Positions 1 through 12,465 of a DNA stretch of 40,866 nucleotides are shown here, in pieces. How positions within the stretch are numbered: position 1 is the stretch's first letter; every line of letters starts with the position of its first letter. The DNA comes from Octopus bimaculoides (taxonomy: Eukaryota), in contig NC_068984.1 in NCBI RefSeq assembly GCF_001194135.2, positions 21,027,962 to 21,068,827 of the forward strand, written 5' to 3'. The position numbers and the translations under genes were made by a program. Below the pieces are notes generated by a model. The model was given only the letters and a program-made list of their open reading frames with translations, had not been told where the DNA came from and searched no databases.

Positions 1-31
1 ATTTACTTCTAATGTAGGATAAAATATTTTT

Positions 32-68
<37 letters not shown>

Positions 69-69
<1 letters not shown>

Positions 70-225
70 GATGGCCTTCTTTCATTTTCCGTCTACCAAA
101 TCCACTCACAAGTCTTGGGTCCCTCCCAAGCTATAGTAGAAGGCACTTGCTCAAGTGCCACGCAGTGAGATTGAACCTGGAACCATGTGGTTGAGAAGCA
201 GGCTTCTTACCACACCTGCGCCTAT
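69..225 (-). mobile_element. tRNA-derived SINE, family A (CORE-like), head and central part
   Basis: The reverse complement reads GTGTGGTAAGAAG...GGTTCAATCTC (A/B-box-like)...GCACTTGAGCAAGTGCCTT...GTGAGTGGATTTGGTAGACGGAAAATGAAAGAAG, then (AT)n at 34-68. It aligns by eye with the copies at 4614, 7479 and 28962. Confidence 0.85.
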
Positions 226-409
226 ATTTATAATATTCATTCAGTCATTCTTTCTTTTTCTCTTTTGTTTCTTCATTAATTTCTTTGTTTTTCTCTTTCC
301 AGTCTCTCTTTTGTTTGTTTGTTTCTTTCTTTTCTTACTTTTTCCTTTTTATATTTCCTATACTTCCCTCTTTCCGCGATTTTCATCATATTTCACTTCT
401 TCCGCTGCA

Positions 410-575
<166 letters not shown>

Positions 576-647
576 CTTTTCTCTTCCTTCTCTTCATTTC
601 TTCTTCCCTCTCCTTCCTACTTTATCCTTTTACTTTATTCCCACCTC

Positions 648-682
<35 letters not shown>

Positions 683-952
683 CTTCAATTCTCTAATCTA
701 TTATTGATAAACTCTATAAGCAATTATATTATACAAATNNNNNNNNNNNNNNNNNNNNNNNNNNNNNNNNNNNNNNNNNNNNNNNNNNNNNNNNNNNNNN
801 NNNNNNNNNNNNNNNNNNNNNNNNNNNNNNNNNNNNNNNNNNNNNNNNNNNNNNNNNNNNNNNNNNNNNNNNNNNNNNNNNNNNNNNNNNNNNNNNNNNN
901 NNNNNNNNNNNNNNNNNNNNNNNNNNNNNNNNNNNNNNNNNNNNNNNNNNNN

Positions 953-984
<32 letters not shown>

Positions 985-1089
985 ATGTCATTAACTCATT
1001 TGTGTTATTTCCCTTGACTCATTTTACCAATTTTTTTTTTTTTATTAATATCCAGCCGAACATCATTTCTTCTTATTTCTTTGTACTCT

Positions 1090-1220
1090 ACCTACCTACT
1101 TACCTATCTCAGCAACACACGGACCTACTTATACTAATTACTCACCCATTTACCTACCTACCTACCTACCTACCTACCAAGCTACATACCCACCCACATA
1201 CCTACCTACCTACCTACCCT
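1090..1220. repeat. Degenerate (CCTA)n tetranucleotide repeat
   Basis: Repeated CCTA/ACCT units with interruptions. Confidence 0.85.
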
Positions 1221-1339
1221 GGTATCTTCTCGCCAAATTAATGAAACCCACCCACGTAATAAAACAAAAAATACTTTAAACATCTTTCCGTTACACCGTC
1301 ACCTCGGCATCATCATTACCACTGACACCGGCACCGCTG

Positions 1340-1371
<32 letters not shown>

Positions 1372-1375
1372 GCTG

Positions 1376-1412
<37 letters not shown>

Positions 1413-1577
1413 AAAACTGCCAATGCCGTTCTTTTAGCGTTGGCACTACTCACATCCTTACATTCCTTTACACATCTTACAGAGCTTAAGGGAGAACTAT
1501 CTACACCCGTCAACCCTAACAAACTCCACCACCACCACCACTGCTGTTACTGCTGCTTTTGATGTTGTTGCCGTTGT

Positions 1578-1618
<41 letters not shown>

Positions 1619-1648
1619 GTACTCCTGCTGCTACTGCTACTACTACTA

Positions 1649-1703
<55 letters not shown>

Positions 1704-1712
1704 CACTACCAC
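1340..1712. repeat. (CTA)n/(CCA)n/(CTG)n trinucleotide arrays
   Basis: Two arrays (about 1340-1412 and 1520-1712). They produce the poly-L and poly-V pseudo-ORFs. Confidence 0.95.
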
Positions 1713-1774
1713 CAACACCTCACATAGCATCACCTTCTCGAATCAGAACCCCGCCTACGCATGAATCAACGAGG

Positions 1775-1975
1775 GGAAGCACTACACAGTGGCTCGTCAT
1801 GCTAAAAATAGCTGTGAAATCCCTATCAAATCACACCATGCAGTGCTAAAAATGAGTAAACACATTTGATAATGTAGTCCTAGGCATCCCTAAAGAAAAA
1901 CATGATGGTCACTGTTGGAATGACTGCATTGATAGAACGTCGGACAAAATGTCTTGCGTGGGTACTTAACTAGGG
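1775..1975 (-). mobile_element. SINE-like interspersed repeat, family D (degenerate)
   Basis: Shares the motif (rc) GGTGTGATTTGA..GGA..T...GCTATTT.TAGCA.G.CGAGC with 3085-3330, 4936-5072, 19775-19900, 32395-32640 and 38270-38355. Confidence 0.55.
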
Positions 1976-2094
1976 CGTTTTACACTCTGAGTTGAAATTA
2001 ATCCCTTCCGGAGTAGTAAAATACAGAATCAGTCTAGAACTGTACCAATGTATGTACCTAAAGAGTATGTTAGATATGAATGGAATTATAATAG

Positions 2095-2175
2095 TTCACG
2101 ACTATGAGGTTTGGGGTTCAGTCCCACTAAACGAAACTTCGACAAGTGCTTTTTACCGAAGCCCCGGAACTGTGT
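2095..2175 (+). mobile_element. Degenerate SINE family A-like head
   Basis: GGGGTTCAGTCCCACT (B-box-like) followed by ACAAGTGCTTTTTAC, a decayed version of the family A central motif. Confidence 0.45.
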
Positions 2176-2469
2176 CGAAACCCCTTCGGAAGAGTAGTTC
2201 CTGTTTTGTCTACTGCTGGTAGACTTAATCTGTTGCCTTGTTATAACACCATTAGCTAGGGTATGGATACCTTTAGCAGAGGTCTTTCTGTTGCAAGTAC
2301 TCACGGTCAGATCTTATGCAAGTATCGGAGGTCCTGAAAAAGTTTATGACCGACTACATTTCTTCTGAACAAACTATTAAAAAAAAAGGTGGAGTGTTGT
2401 GCTATGTAAACTGAGTGACTAATCAAGTATACTACCACCCTTGAAACGCGGGATAGCTCATCCGACAGA

Positions 2470-2780
2470 CTTCCAGTCAGTTTCAATTCTGCCCAATTAC
2501 ATTTACATGTCTTGGGTGGTAGAGGTTAGAAAAGAAGAAACTTGCTCAAGATTTTTTTTGCAGCGCGGAGGTTAACAGCAGAGATAAGTGTACTGTTTAG
2601 ATTCACAAGAGCACTAATTGCCATCTCAAAATACTAAGGCACCAGCCTACAGATTTAGCAACGACTTGATTCAGTTTAATCGATTTCAGTGCTTTGCTTA
2701 TAACTATCAAATCGATCCCTGAGGAAAAAAAAAAGCTATGTCAGCTCAGGCTAGATTTGAACTTGTAAGATAACGGTACA
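2470..2780 (-). mobile_element. Two old degenerate SINE remnants (A-like about 2470-2575, C-like about 2650-2780)
   Basis: Loose similarity to the family A (AGAAGAAACTTGCTCAAG) and family C (ATCGATCCC...GATTTGAACT) motifs. Confidence 0.35.
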
Positions 2781-3084
2781 TCTAAAAGTGACAGAATATT
2801 TTGCACGGCGTTTTATCTATTCCGCTAACACCATTGATGGCGGTAGGGATGGTGGTATTCTTGGTGATGGTGGTGGAGGATGATTCCTTACTACTACATC
2901 TACACCCATTAACCGGTGATGAAAATGGTGGGGAGTACGAAGGGGAACAGCATTCCCTTACTTTTCAGCTCACAGAAGGAGGAGTAATTTAAAGCTTCTT
3001 GTTCTATGTTCTGTGGCCTCGGCCTCAGTCTCTTAGGCCTTTCCCGTACCCCTAGTCCCTAATGCTGATTTTCACAACAAATGG

Positions 3085-3330
3085 GAACCTAAGAGCCAAT
3101 TCTCTGCGCGGTCACTCGACCTGCTAATAGTTGCAGCGAAGATACTCTCAAAATAGATGCCCACTGTCTTATAAAAGGAAGGACAGATTGGTTTATTGGT
3201 TTATGTAGTCCTACATACGCTGGGCCTAAAAAAACAAAAACAAAAAAAAGGTCACTAGATGGTCATGGCTTGGATACCTTTGGTCAAGGGTTTACTTGAA
3301 CAGGTCTGACCTGGGGTTTAAACAGCAGAA
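3085..3330 (-). mobile_element. SINE-like repeat, family D
   Basis: CACTCGACCTGCTAATAGTTGCAGC...CTGTCTTATAAAAGGAAGGACA...GATGGTCATGGCTTGGATACCTTTGGTCA...CTGACCTGGGGTTTAAACA mirrors the plus-strand copies at 4936 and 32395. Confidence 0.6.
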
Positions 3331-3509
3331 GCACCAACATAATTTTCTCTCTGTGTATAGTGGTGGGAGTGGTGGAGTAGGTGGAGAGTCACTCAATGAG
3401 TGCTACTCCATCACTACCACCATCATCGCCACCACCTCTTTCTCCGCTACATTCACACACAAATATTCCCCCCACCACTTCATCCCACACATAGACAGTT
3501 ATGAGAGTA

Positions 3510-3534
3510 CACAAACACACACACACACACACAG

Positions 3535-3628
<94 letters not shown>
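3510..3628. repeat. (CA)n microsatellite
   Basis: Direct observation. Confidence 0.98.
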
Positions 3629-3771
3629 CATGAATGAAATTATTAACGACGCAGAGCCAAGCAGAATCACTCGATAAAATCTGGAGCTACACCTCCACGT
3701 GTTCTAGATACGACACATGCGTTCGCACGCGTTTCTCTCATTCACATGTTTTCCCATTCATGAAATGTTAA

Positions 3772-4246
3772 CACCACCGCCACCACCGCCACCACCGCCG
3801 CCGTCGCCATCATCTCGCCGTCACCACTACCACTATCATATCATCACCAACGCCACCGCCGCAACAGCCGCCTCCCTCATCGACTACTGCTTGCTTACAA
3901 CTGCTTGCTATGCTACTGTTGTTGCCACCGCGTTACTGACGTTTGATAGTAATGTGGGTAGATACGAAAGGGGTGGTACTCAGTGGTGGTGGTAGTGGTG
4001 GTGGTGATGGTGGTGGCTGCGGTGTTTGTGGTGACTTTGACAGTGGTGGTGGTGGTGGTGATGATGGTAGTGGCGATAGTACTGGTACTGGTAATGGTAA
4101 TGGTGTGGTGGTGTTCGTGGTAATGGTCGTTGTGGAGTTAATGGTGGTGGTAGTGCGGATGGTTTAGAAGGCGGCGTAAAGTCGTTGTAGTGGCGGCGAT
4201 GGTAGTGGTAAAAAAAAAGGTTGTTGCGGTGGTAGTTGTGGTGGTG
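3772..4246. repeat. (CAC/CCG)-rich then (GGT)-rich degenerate trinucleotide tracts
   Basis: C-rich triplets at about 3772-3870 and G-rich triplets at about 3975-4246, running into a gap. Confidence 0.85.
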
Positions 4247-4577
4247 NNNNNNNNNNNNNNNNNNNNNNNNNNNNNNNNNNNNNNNNNNNNNNNNNNNNNN
4301 NNNNNNNNNNNNNNNNNNNNNNNNNNNNNNNNNNNNNNNNNNNNNNNNNNNNNNNNNNNNNNNNNNNNNNNNNNNNNNNNNNNNNNNNNNNNNNNNNNNN
4401 NNNNNNNNNNNNNNNNNNNNNNNNNNNNNNNNNNNNNNNNNNNNNNNNNNNNNNNNNNNNNNNNNNNNNNNNNNNNNNNNNNNNNNNNNNNNNNNNNNNN
4501 NNNNNNNNNNNNNNNNNNNNNNNNNNNNNNNNNNNNNNNNNNNNNNNNNNNNNNNNNNNNNNNNNNNNNNNNNNNNN

Positions 4578-4613
<36 letters not shown>

Positions 4614-4616
<3 letters not shown>

Positions 4617-4783
4617 ACGACGGGCTTCTTTCAGTTTCCGTCTACCAAATCCACTCACAAGGCTTTGGTTGGCCCGAGGCTATAGTAGAAGACACTTGCC
4701 CAAGGTGCCACGCAGTGGGACTGAACCCAGAACCATGTGGTTGGTAAGCAAGCTACTTACCACACAGCCACTCCTGCGCCTAT
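4614..4783 (-). mobile_element. tRNA-derived SINE, family A (well-preserved head and central part)
   Basis: rc: GGCGCAGGAGTGGCTGTGTGGTAAG (A box)...GGTTCAGTCCC (B box)...GGCACCTTGGGCAAGTGTCTTCTACTATAGCCTCGGGCC...GAAACTGAAAGAAGCCCGTCG then (TA)n. Near-identical to 28962-29116. Confidence 0.9.
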
Positions 4784-4935
4784 GTTGTTGTTGTTTTTGT
4801 TAGTGTTGTATTTGTTGTTGTTGTTGTTACCGTTGCTGGTATTGTTTTGGCAATCGTTGCAATCATGTTCCTGTTATTGCTATTGATATTCATGTTCGTG
4901 TAGTTAATGTCATTGCTACTATAGTTGCTGCTACG

Positions 4936-5072
4936 GTTTAACCCAGGGTCAGTTCCGACTGAGCAGGCTTGAAGCTATAACGTGACTTTGTTCGGAGCAT
5001 CGAGTGTGATATGAGGGAGAATTGCTTGTAATTTCTAGCAAGTGGAGCTAAGTAGCGGCTCCCTCATAAGCT
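4936..5072 (+). mobile_element. SINE-like repeat, family D (internally deleted)
   Basis: TTTAACCCAGGGTCAG..GAGCAGGC...GTGTGATATGAGGGAGAATTGCTTGTAATTTCTAGCAAGTGGAGC. Confidence 0.55.
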
Positions 5073-5103
5073 GCTTACCTCCGTTGTTGCTGTTGCACAT
5101 AAT

Positions 5104-5106
5104 GGT

Positions 5107-5157
<51 letters not shown>

Positions 5158-5185
5158 CAGCAGTAGTAGTAGTAGCAGCAGCAGC

Positions 5186-5216
<31 letters not shown>

Positions 5217-5217
5217 A
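5104..5217. repeat. (AGT)n/(AGC)n microsatellite
   Basis: Direct observation; source of the poly-S and poly-L ORFs. Confidence 0.97.
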
Positions 5218-5744
5218 CTGCAGCAACAGTATTAATAGTAAATAGTTGTTAGTGATGTAGTAAAAATAGGCAGATGGAAGATGGAAGGAAGAAAGATAGA
5301 AAGAAAGAAGAAACGATGATGCTATGATGATCTGTTGAGAAAGAGGGGGAGTAACGGGAGAAGGTAACATAACATTGAATATATTGCCAGTATGCTGCTA
5401 CCGCTGTTATTGTTGCTGTCGGTGTTGTTGTTGTTGTTGCTGATGATGTTGTTGATGATGATGGTGGTGCTGGTGTTGGTAATGATGACATAATGTAATA
5501 TATTTCGCAATCACATGCTTCCTGTTTCGATCCTATTGTGCAGGAATCTAGGCAAGAATTTTTCTAAAGTACACTCGGGTTTAGTAATGCCTTTCAGTTA
5601 AACTCAATAGACGGATGTGTGTGTGTGAGTGTTTACATACATGTACACACATAAACCACACACACACGCACGCATACACACACATGCATACATGTTTTAT
5701 GCATATATGTATACTTGTGTATCTGTATATGTCTCTCTCCTCTT

Positions 5745-5749
<5 letters not shown>

Positions 5750-5803
<54 letters not shown>

Positions 5804-5858
5804 TGCATGTATGTATGTATGTATGTATGTATGTATGTATGTATGTATGTATGTATGT
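5750..5858. repeat. (TA)n followed by (TATG)n
   Basis: Direct observation. Confidence 0.97.
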
Positions 5859-6589
5859 CTAAAACTTGCCTTGACTGACAAGAATCGACTTTATCAACTC
5901 CTAATAAAGGAGCTATCAAAGACCTGCGGTTACACCTCCGTTCACGATAAGCATGTGAAAGATACCAGACGTTCTGTATGTGTGTGAAACTTAAAGTAAT
6001 GTAGCGTGAATCAATAATTATTTATATTGCGTACTCTCATTCTTTCGTTTGTACACGTAAACATTCGTGCGCGGGTACGCGCACGCAAACACACATACAC
6101 ACATATGTTTATGTATATATGCGAGTGTATGTAACTTAATGGGACTCAAACTTTGTGTTACCACTCGAGTTTTATGTCACTGCAATCTTCAGGCGAGAAC
6201 TGTTTCAAATCGGTTTTCGGTGGTATATTTATATTCGCTGGTGGGTATGTTCACTTGTTTGGATTTTGTGTTTGCTGATTGGTTGTTATATTCCTGTCTC
6301 AAATACTCATTACAACCTCATTATTTTCCCTTCTATTTCTGTATTTTGCTTTTATCTGAAGGGAGGACTGTACCCATGTACTTTACAACCCTTCTGATAC
6401 TAGTGAGGTAAATGTATTTGATGTTCCTTTCAAGGTTGGCGCCTACAAGAAAAATATATGCAGGAGAAGGTTATTCTAGTGGACCGACGTTTTGGGAGGA
6501 AGGACTTGGCGCAGTTAATGCGGATCTTGGAAAGTGTTGGATACAATATAGGTAATGAGAAAAGCAGAGTCGTGTGAATGCCTGTATGT

Positions 6590-7410
6590 CTATATATGTA
6601 ACTGCATCGCGGTATGTCGTTATACATCGTTGGTCACAATGCGCTTCCAATTCTTTCATGAATTCACCATTCTTTTCCATCTTTTACCAAATCGTCTTCC
6701 CATCGTCTTGGCGGTCTTCCGAGGGGCCTTTTCTGATTTCTTGTTTATCATTCGGCAACAACATGGGTCCACCAGTTGTTTGTGAAACTTGCAGCATGTT
6801 CGACCCAGAGGAATTTGTTCTTTGAATATTCTACAGTCACGTTATTCACTCCGCTCCATTCTCGAATTATCTAATTTCGAATATGTCCTCGTAATGATAT
6901 TCCTGGATCTTCCCATGACTCTTTGTGTTGTAGCCAATCAATGTTTTTCTCTCTTCGCAGTAGCTCACGTCTCATGCATATAAGAACGCAGGTAGAACGA
7001 TGCTATTGAAGAGTCTACTACTTATCGCCTTGTCCAGCTTTACTTTGAACACTTCTATTGAGGTAAACACCTTCGATCCTGCCCGTTTTCTCTTCGAGAT
7101 TTCAGCATCCTTGTCTCGGTGCATATTCACTGTGTGCCCTAAGTAGTCCCACTCCTTTACTTCCTTGATTTCATCACACCCAACCTCTGTTCGGCTTTCT
7201 ACTAAGTCTTCGGATTGCATTATTTTGTTTTCATGCAGTTCATTTTAAGGACTACAGCTGACTGTGTGTGTCCAGCATTGTCTGCTTGGTCTGCAGCTGA
7301 TGTGTGGCTTCGGCAATTCACATAATATGATCTGCGAATCGGAGATGTGTTAGTATCGCGCCGTTGATGTTCACGTCACCTGTCCATTTTGATGATCAAC
7401 TGAAATGCTA
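6590..7410 (-). mobile_element. RTE-clade LINE, 5'-truncated decayed 3' part (RT C-terminal half and thumb)
   Basis: Minus-strand peptides with stops and frameshifts: NINGAILTHLRFADHI (FADD motif mutated to FADH, 7327-7338); VKEWDYLGHTV..EISKRKRAG..LFNSIVLPAFLYA (ORF 6972-7220); and KRPLGRPPRRWED, the RTE C-terminal motif. Confidence 0.9.
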
Positions 7411-7478
7411 AGTCAGCTCACATTACAACAATACATTTACATGTACAAGGAATAGCCATTAACTTTTTATTTTAAATT

Positions 7479-8090
7479 ATAGGCCTGGCTATGTGGTCAG
7501 AAGCGTGCTTCTCAACCACGTGGTTTCAGGTTCAGTACCACTGCATGGCACCTTAGGTAAGTGTCTTCTACTATACCCTCGGGCCGCCCAAAACCTTGTG
7601 AGTGAATTTGGTAGTTGGAAACTGAAAGAATCCAGTCATGCATATATATATATATATATATATATATANNNNNNNNNNNNNNNNNNNNNNNNNNNNNNNN
7701 NNNNNNNNNNNNNNNNNNNNNNNNNNNNNNNNNNNNNNNNNNNNNNNNNNNNNNNNNNNNNNNNNNNNNNNNNNNNNNNNNNNNNNNNNNNNNNNNNNNN
7801 NNNNNNNNNNNNNNNNNNNNNNNNNNNNNNNNNNNNNNNNNNNNNNNNNNNNNNNNNNNNNNNNNNNNNNNNNNNNNNNNNNNNNNNNNNNNNNNNNNNN
7901 NNNNNNNNNNNNNNNNNNNNNNNNNNNNNNNNNNNNNNNNNNNNNNNNNNNNNNNNNNNNNNNNNNNNNNNNNNNNNNNNNNNNNNNNNNNNNNNNAATA
8001 GGTCCTGGTGCCTATTCATTCCACTGAAACTCTTCAAGACGGTGCTCCAGCATAGCCGTAGTCAAATGACAGAAACAAGCAAACGATGGA
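7479..8090 (+). mobile_element. SINE family A: head and central part, (TA)n, gap, 3' tail
   Basis: Head at 7479-7640 matches family A. After the gap, AAGACGGTGCTCCAGCATAGCCGTAGTCAAATGACAGAAACAAG matches the tail at 29850-29904. Linkage across the gap is inferred. Confidence 0.8.
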
Positions 8091-8457
8091 AAGTAAAAAT
8101 GCATGTATATCTCTGCCTACATTATAAGTTCGAGTAACAATCATACGCTTCAGGATGCGACCCACTGTGCGCCATATTGAGAAGACGTCTTTTAAGATAT
8201 TCTTAATGCCTTATGAGGGGCAAACTATGCAGAAGTCTATCGTGCGCGCGCACATACACATGTAAAGGGCATGCATAAGTGTATATATGTACATATATGC
8301 ATATATGTATGTCTGTGTATATATGTGTATGTGTATATATGTGTATGTGTGTGTGCCTTCATCTGTGCGTGTATGTGTACATATGTATTTATGATCGTGA
8401 ATGAGCATGTGTATATATTATGAAGAGGATGTAAATATGCGCGAAAAAACATAAAAC

Positions 8458-8624
8458 CTAGTGCTCATCGAACGAGGCCCATTGTGATATTTGTTCTTCA
8501 CTGAGTTACACACACTTCCCTATCACTCCCATCGTCATAAAAACAGTGAACCAGCGATTGGCTTGTTGGAACTTCTAAACCAATGACGCTTTTCTCACGA
8601 ATTGTGACACTGAATTAATATAGA
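8458..8624 (-). mobile_element. Possible ~170-bp non-autonomous Helitron-like element
   Basis: The minus strand begins TCTATATTAAT and ends with a weak hairpin (CTCG-TTCGA-TGAG) plus CTAG. The flanks are not the canonical A|T, so this is uncertain. Confidence 0.3.
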
Positions 8625-8872
8625 AATAAATAAAACAATAAATTTAATTTTACTATTGCAATTTTCGTCTTGTTTTCACGCATTTTCTTTCACATTGACT
8701 TCCGTTTTTAAATTTTCACTTTGACATCATTATTTTCACATTAATACTGTTTCTGGATCTCCTGCAGTTTTTGTATTTTCACTTTCGGTTTCACAGTTTA
8801 TCAGTTTGACATTTTCTAATTTTTGTTTGACATTTTTACTTAAGTAATACCTCTTCCCCATTCTCCCGCGTC

Positions 8873-8875
<3 letters not shown>

Positions 8876-8956
<81 letters not shown>
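8876..8956. repeat. (ATT)n microsatellite
   Basis: Direct observation. Confidence 0.98.
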
Positions 8957-8958
<2 letters not shown>

Positions 8959-9552
8959 ACTTTATCTTTATTCATAGATTCACTTTGACATTCTCATTTT
9001 TGCTTTGACATTTTCGTTTTTACTTTTGACATTCTCACTTATCAGAAACTCCACGTAAAAAGACACATGGCATTTTTCTGAATCCATAATNNNNNNNNNN
9101 NNNNNNNNNNNNNNNNNNNNNNNNNNNNNNNNNNNNNNNNNNNNNNNNNNNNNNNNNNNNNNNNNNNNNNNNNNNNNNNNNNNNNNNNNNNNNNNNNNNN
9201 NNNNNNNNNNNNNNNNNNNNNNNNNNNNNNNNNNNNNNNNNNNNNNNNNNNNNNNNNNNNNNNNNNNNNNNNNNNNNNNNNNNNNNNNNNNNNNNNNNNN
9301 NNNNNNNNNNNNNNNNNNNNNNNNNNNNNNNNNNNNNNNNNNNNNNNNNNNNNNNNNNNNNNNNNNNNNNNNNNNNNNNNNNNNNNNNNNNNNNNNNNNN
9401 NNNNNNNNNNNNNNNNNNNNNNNNNNNNNNNNNNNNNNNNNNNNNNNNNNNNNNNNNNNNNNNNNNNNNNNNNNNNNNNNNNNNNNNNNNNNNNNNNNNN
9501 NNNNNNNNNNNNNNNNNATATATATATATATATATATATAAATGCATATACA

Positions 9553-11110
9553 TTACTTACCTGGATATAGATCTTCCTGCCTTCTGAGAAGCATAGCTTT
9601 CACAGGCGTTGTTGCCCTGCCCTTGTTCTCTTTGGTCCTATCAACCTAGTTCTTGTGCATTTGAACTGTTCTTAGAATGTTCGGTGCTAGGGCTTTGAAG
9701 GCCAGCACAATTTTCGTATTTTCCCCTTTTTTTTTTTTTTTGATGTTCACATTATTGGAGCCTTTGCACGCTTAGTGACTGGCAGTTGTAAAATATGACA
9801 TTAGATGAAACCAGTGCAGCTCTACGATATTTTGCAGCGGTTAAGATTTGCTTCACATGAGATTTCTTCATTTGAGATACTTTCTTCCAAAGCGAATTTG
9901 AGGATCTTTCGTTGACATAGTTGGTAGAATGTGTCCAACGTCTTGGCCACCTTTGTTGTATTTTTTCCATATTTCACTGTAATACAAAATAGTTAACAGA
10001 ATATTTGCTCTATAGTTAGACCTTTATTGGAATGACAATGCTTGTTGTCTAGATTTAGTGCATGCTCAGGGAAATGTTTCTTGCTTAGAAGTTCAGCTTC
10101 TCAGACAATTTTATATGCTTTCATCACTACTGATCATCATGTATGCAAAACTGTCCACATCTTCGAAAACCAGCTGCCCGATGAAGACTGGAGGGTGGAT
10201 TACATTAATCTGCGTCACTTTGTTCTTTTCACAACTAATTCTAAGCCCGATTTTCCTTGCTTCCTTTTTGAGTTAATTAATTAGATTTAGCAATAATCCC
10301 TTATTTTTGTTTGCAGCGCAATAATATTGGCAATATTTTGACCACACAGCCTTTCCGTTATCTTTCACCGTAATTCTGTAGTGCACTGAATGGTCACTTT
10401 CTTTATTACAAAATAAACTGGTAGCAGGAAGAGAAGAGGCAAGAGGACATAAATCTGACAGATACCCGTGAGGAGGACAAGTCGTCAGTGTGGCTTGTAT
10501 ATGTCCTGTCATTATAGTTGAAGTCCTCAAAGAAATTCTTGAAGATGCTGAGGTGCCTTTAGGTGATCATCTATAGTGATTCTCAATTAATGCCGTCAAA
10601 ATCCATTTTTTTTTAATGTGAAGACTTCTGATATTCCTACCAGAAGTCTATGCGCTGTTGCACGATGGTTTTAGAGTGAAGAATTTTCTCAACGCAAATC
10701 TTGTTCAACAATACAATACAGAATATGTTTTCTGGTACAGAAAGAAATGTAATTCCTCGCTCCTTTGCCAGTTGTTGCTGCCTACTGGGTTTGCCGACGT
10801 GAGATGCTTTGCAATTACTGCTCTCCAATCAGCCTGGATTTGCTGTTGTAGCCAACACCCGTTGAACAGATTTCTAAGCAAGTCTTTCCGTCTGATCTAC
10901 CATGCTTCAAACGTTCAGATGAAATTTGATCGGATACAGCTGCCTTTTTCTTTTGTGTCCTCGGTGCTTGTATTTCCTCCTCTGTGATCTCAGTAGATAC
11001 GTGCAGGGTTTCAACTCTTGGTAATGAGCTGAAGTCAAAGAGAGCAACTGGATGTGGCTGGTTCAGCATCTCTTGGACTTACATATAGGTTTGCTAGAAC
11101 TCAAGATCGA
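9553..11110 (-). mobile_element. RTE-X-like LINE, 5'-truncated, heavily decayed RT through 3' end
   Basis: Minus-strand mosaic: EMLNQPHP..ITEEEI..KKAAVSDQISSERLKHG; RGITFLSVPENIFCIVLLNKI; VCQIYVLLPLLFLL (QG region); KEARKIGLRISCEKNK; LDTFYQLCQRKILK..ISNEEI; ends GGTAAGTAA. Many stops and frameshifts. Confidence 0.88.
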
Positions 11111-11464
11111 TCCTATTGAGCTACTGGTTTACTGAACAACCTGCACAGATGGTTTGTATATAATCATCAAATGTTAGTGCCGTACATTAGCTCCCTCTCT
11201 CCATCAAATCGACATTGCCTGTACAGGTGCACGGTGTGCCACACATCAGGTATCAAAATGATTGCAGACCAAGCTGAGTATATTAAGCTTGGCTTACGTT
11301 ACTGGTCTATACGCAGATTAGTATGGCTTCGTTTCCAACGGACCGCTCCAAGCATAGAAAAGGATTCATTCATAGGGGCTGATGGCTCAGGACCAACCAC
11401 GATGGTCTGTGAAGACTTCTGCTCAGGTCCCAAGGAGGAGCTCCGCCTCTGTGTGTGAGTGTGT

Positions 11465-11630
11465 GTGTATGTCTACATATGCATGTATGTATGTATGTTT
11501 GTTTGTATGTATGTATGGATGTTTGTATGTATACATCCTTGTATGCATGTATGTAGTTTGTTTGTATGCATCCTTGCATGCATGTATGTAGTTTGTATGT
11601 ATGTATGTGTGCATATATGTATGTATGTGT
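11465..11630. repeat. Degenerate (TATG)n array
   Basis: TATG units with internal block duplication. Confidence 0.9.
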
Positions 11631-12098
11631 TCCTTAAGCATTTGTATAAATACATGCACACTTTTCTGCTTTTGACAGGTACTCCCTGGTTTATAGGACA
11701 GCAAATCTGAGTTTTAAATCACTTATATCATACTGTTTAAGAACTACAATGTTCGGTGTACATCACGTGAAGATTATAGTTACCTTGGCAAAAGGAACGG
11801 TAAGAAATCCACCTGACGCATTTGAAATTCTAATTGACACACATATATGTAGATAAGTAGGCATACCTGTGTATGCTTATGTGTATGTGCATATATATGC
11901 ATGTGTGTATATATATACACACACATATATATATATATATATATANNNNNNNNNNNNNNNNNNNNNNNNNNNNNNNNNNNNNNNNNNNNNNNNNNNNNNN
12001 NNNNNNNNNNNNNNNNNNNNNNNNNNNNNNNNNNNNNNNNNNNNNNNNNNNNNNNNNNNNNNNNNNNNNNNNNNNNNNNNNNNNNNNNNNNNNNNNNN

Positions 12099-12131
<33 letters not shown>

Positions 12132-12405
12132 CACTCACACACACTGTATGTATATCTGTATGTGTGTGTTTGTGTATGTGAGTGCGTGCGTGTGTGTATA
12201 TGCATTTACACACAAATTGTAAACACACATTAATACACGTACTTACACCTAGATATGTTTATAGTGTTTGTTTTTATAATTTTCATTTGCTAGCGAGCCT
12301 GTGTAAACATTTGCTATGCGATTCTTAAAAATGTGAAATGTTAAGATAATCTTAAAACATGTGGCTGCGTAGGACAATTGACTGCAGTCTATTTATCAGA
12401 GCGTT

Positions 12406-12465
12406 TGTATGTATGTATGTATGTATGTATGTATGTATGTATGTATGTATGTATGTATGTATGTA
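12406..12465. repeat. (TATG)n = (CATA)n tail of the adjacent minus-strand LINE
   Basis: Pure array abutting the 3' end of the element at 12466. Confidence 0.95.

Noticed and set aside
6066-6085. Perfect 8-bp GC hairpin CGTGCGCG-GGTA-CGCGCACG
   Set aside because: It lies in decayed CA/GT/CG dinucleotide repeats where such palindromes arise easily, and no CTAG follows.
6351-6412. Second hammerhead-like motif (CTGAAGG...GATACTAGTG, palindromic ACTAGT)
   Set aside because: At least three core positions deviate (A9, GAAA to GATA, cleavage base G) and stem I does not form in register. At most a decayed pLTR relic.
9554-9564. TACTTACCTGG matches the 5' end of U1 snRNA (equivalently a perfect CAG|GTAAGTA donor on the minus strand)
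   Set aside because: Similarity to U1 stops after 11 nt. It coincides with the GTAAGTAA-type 3' tail of the RTE-X element.
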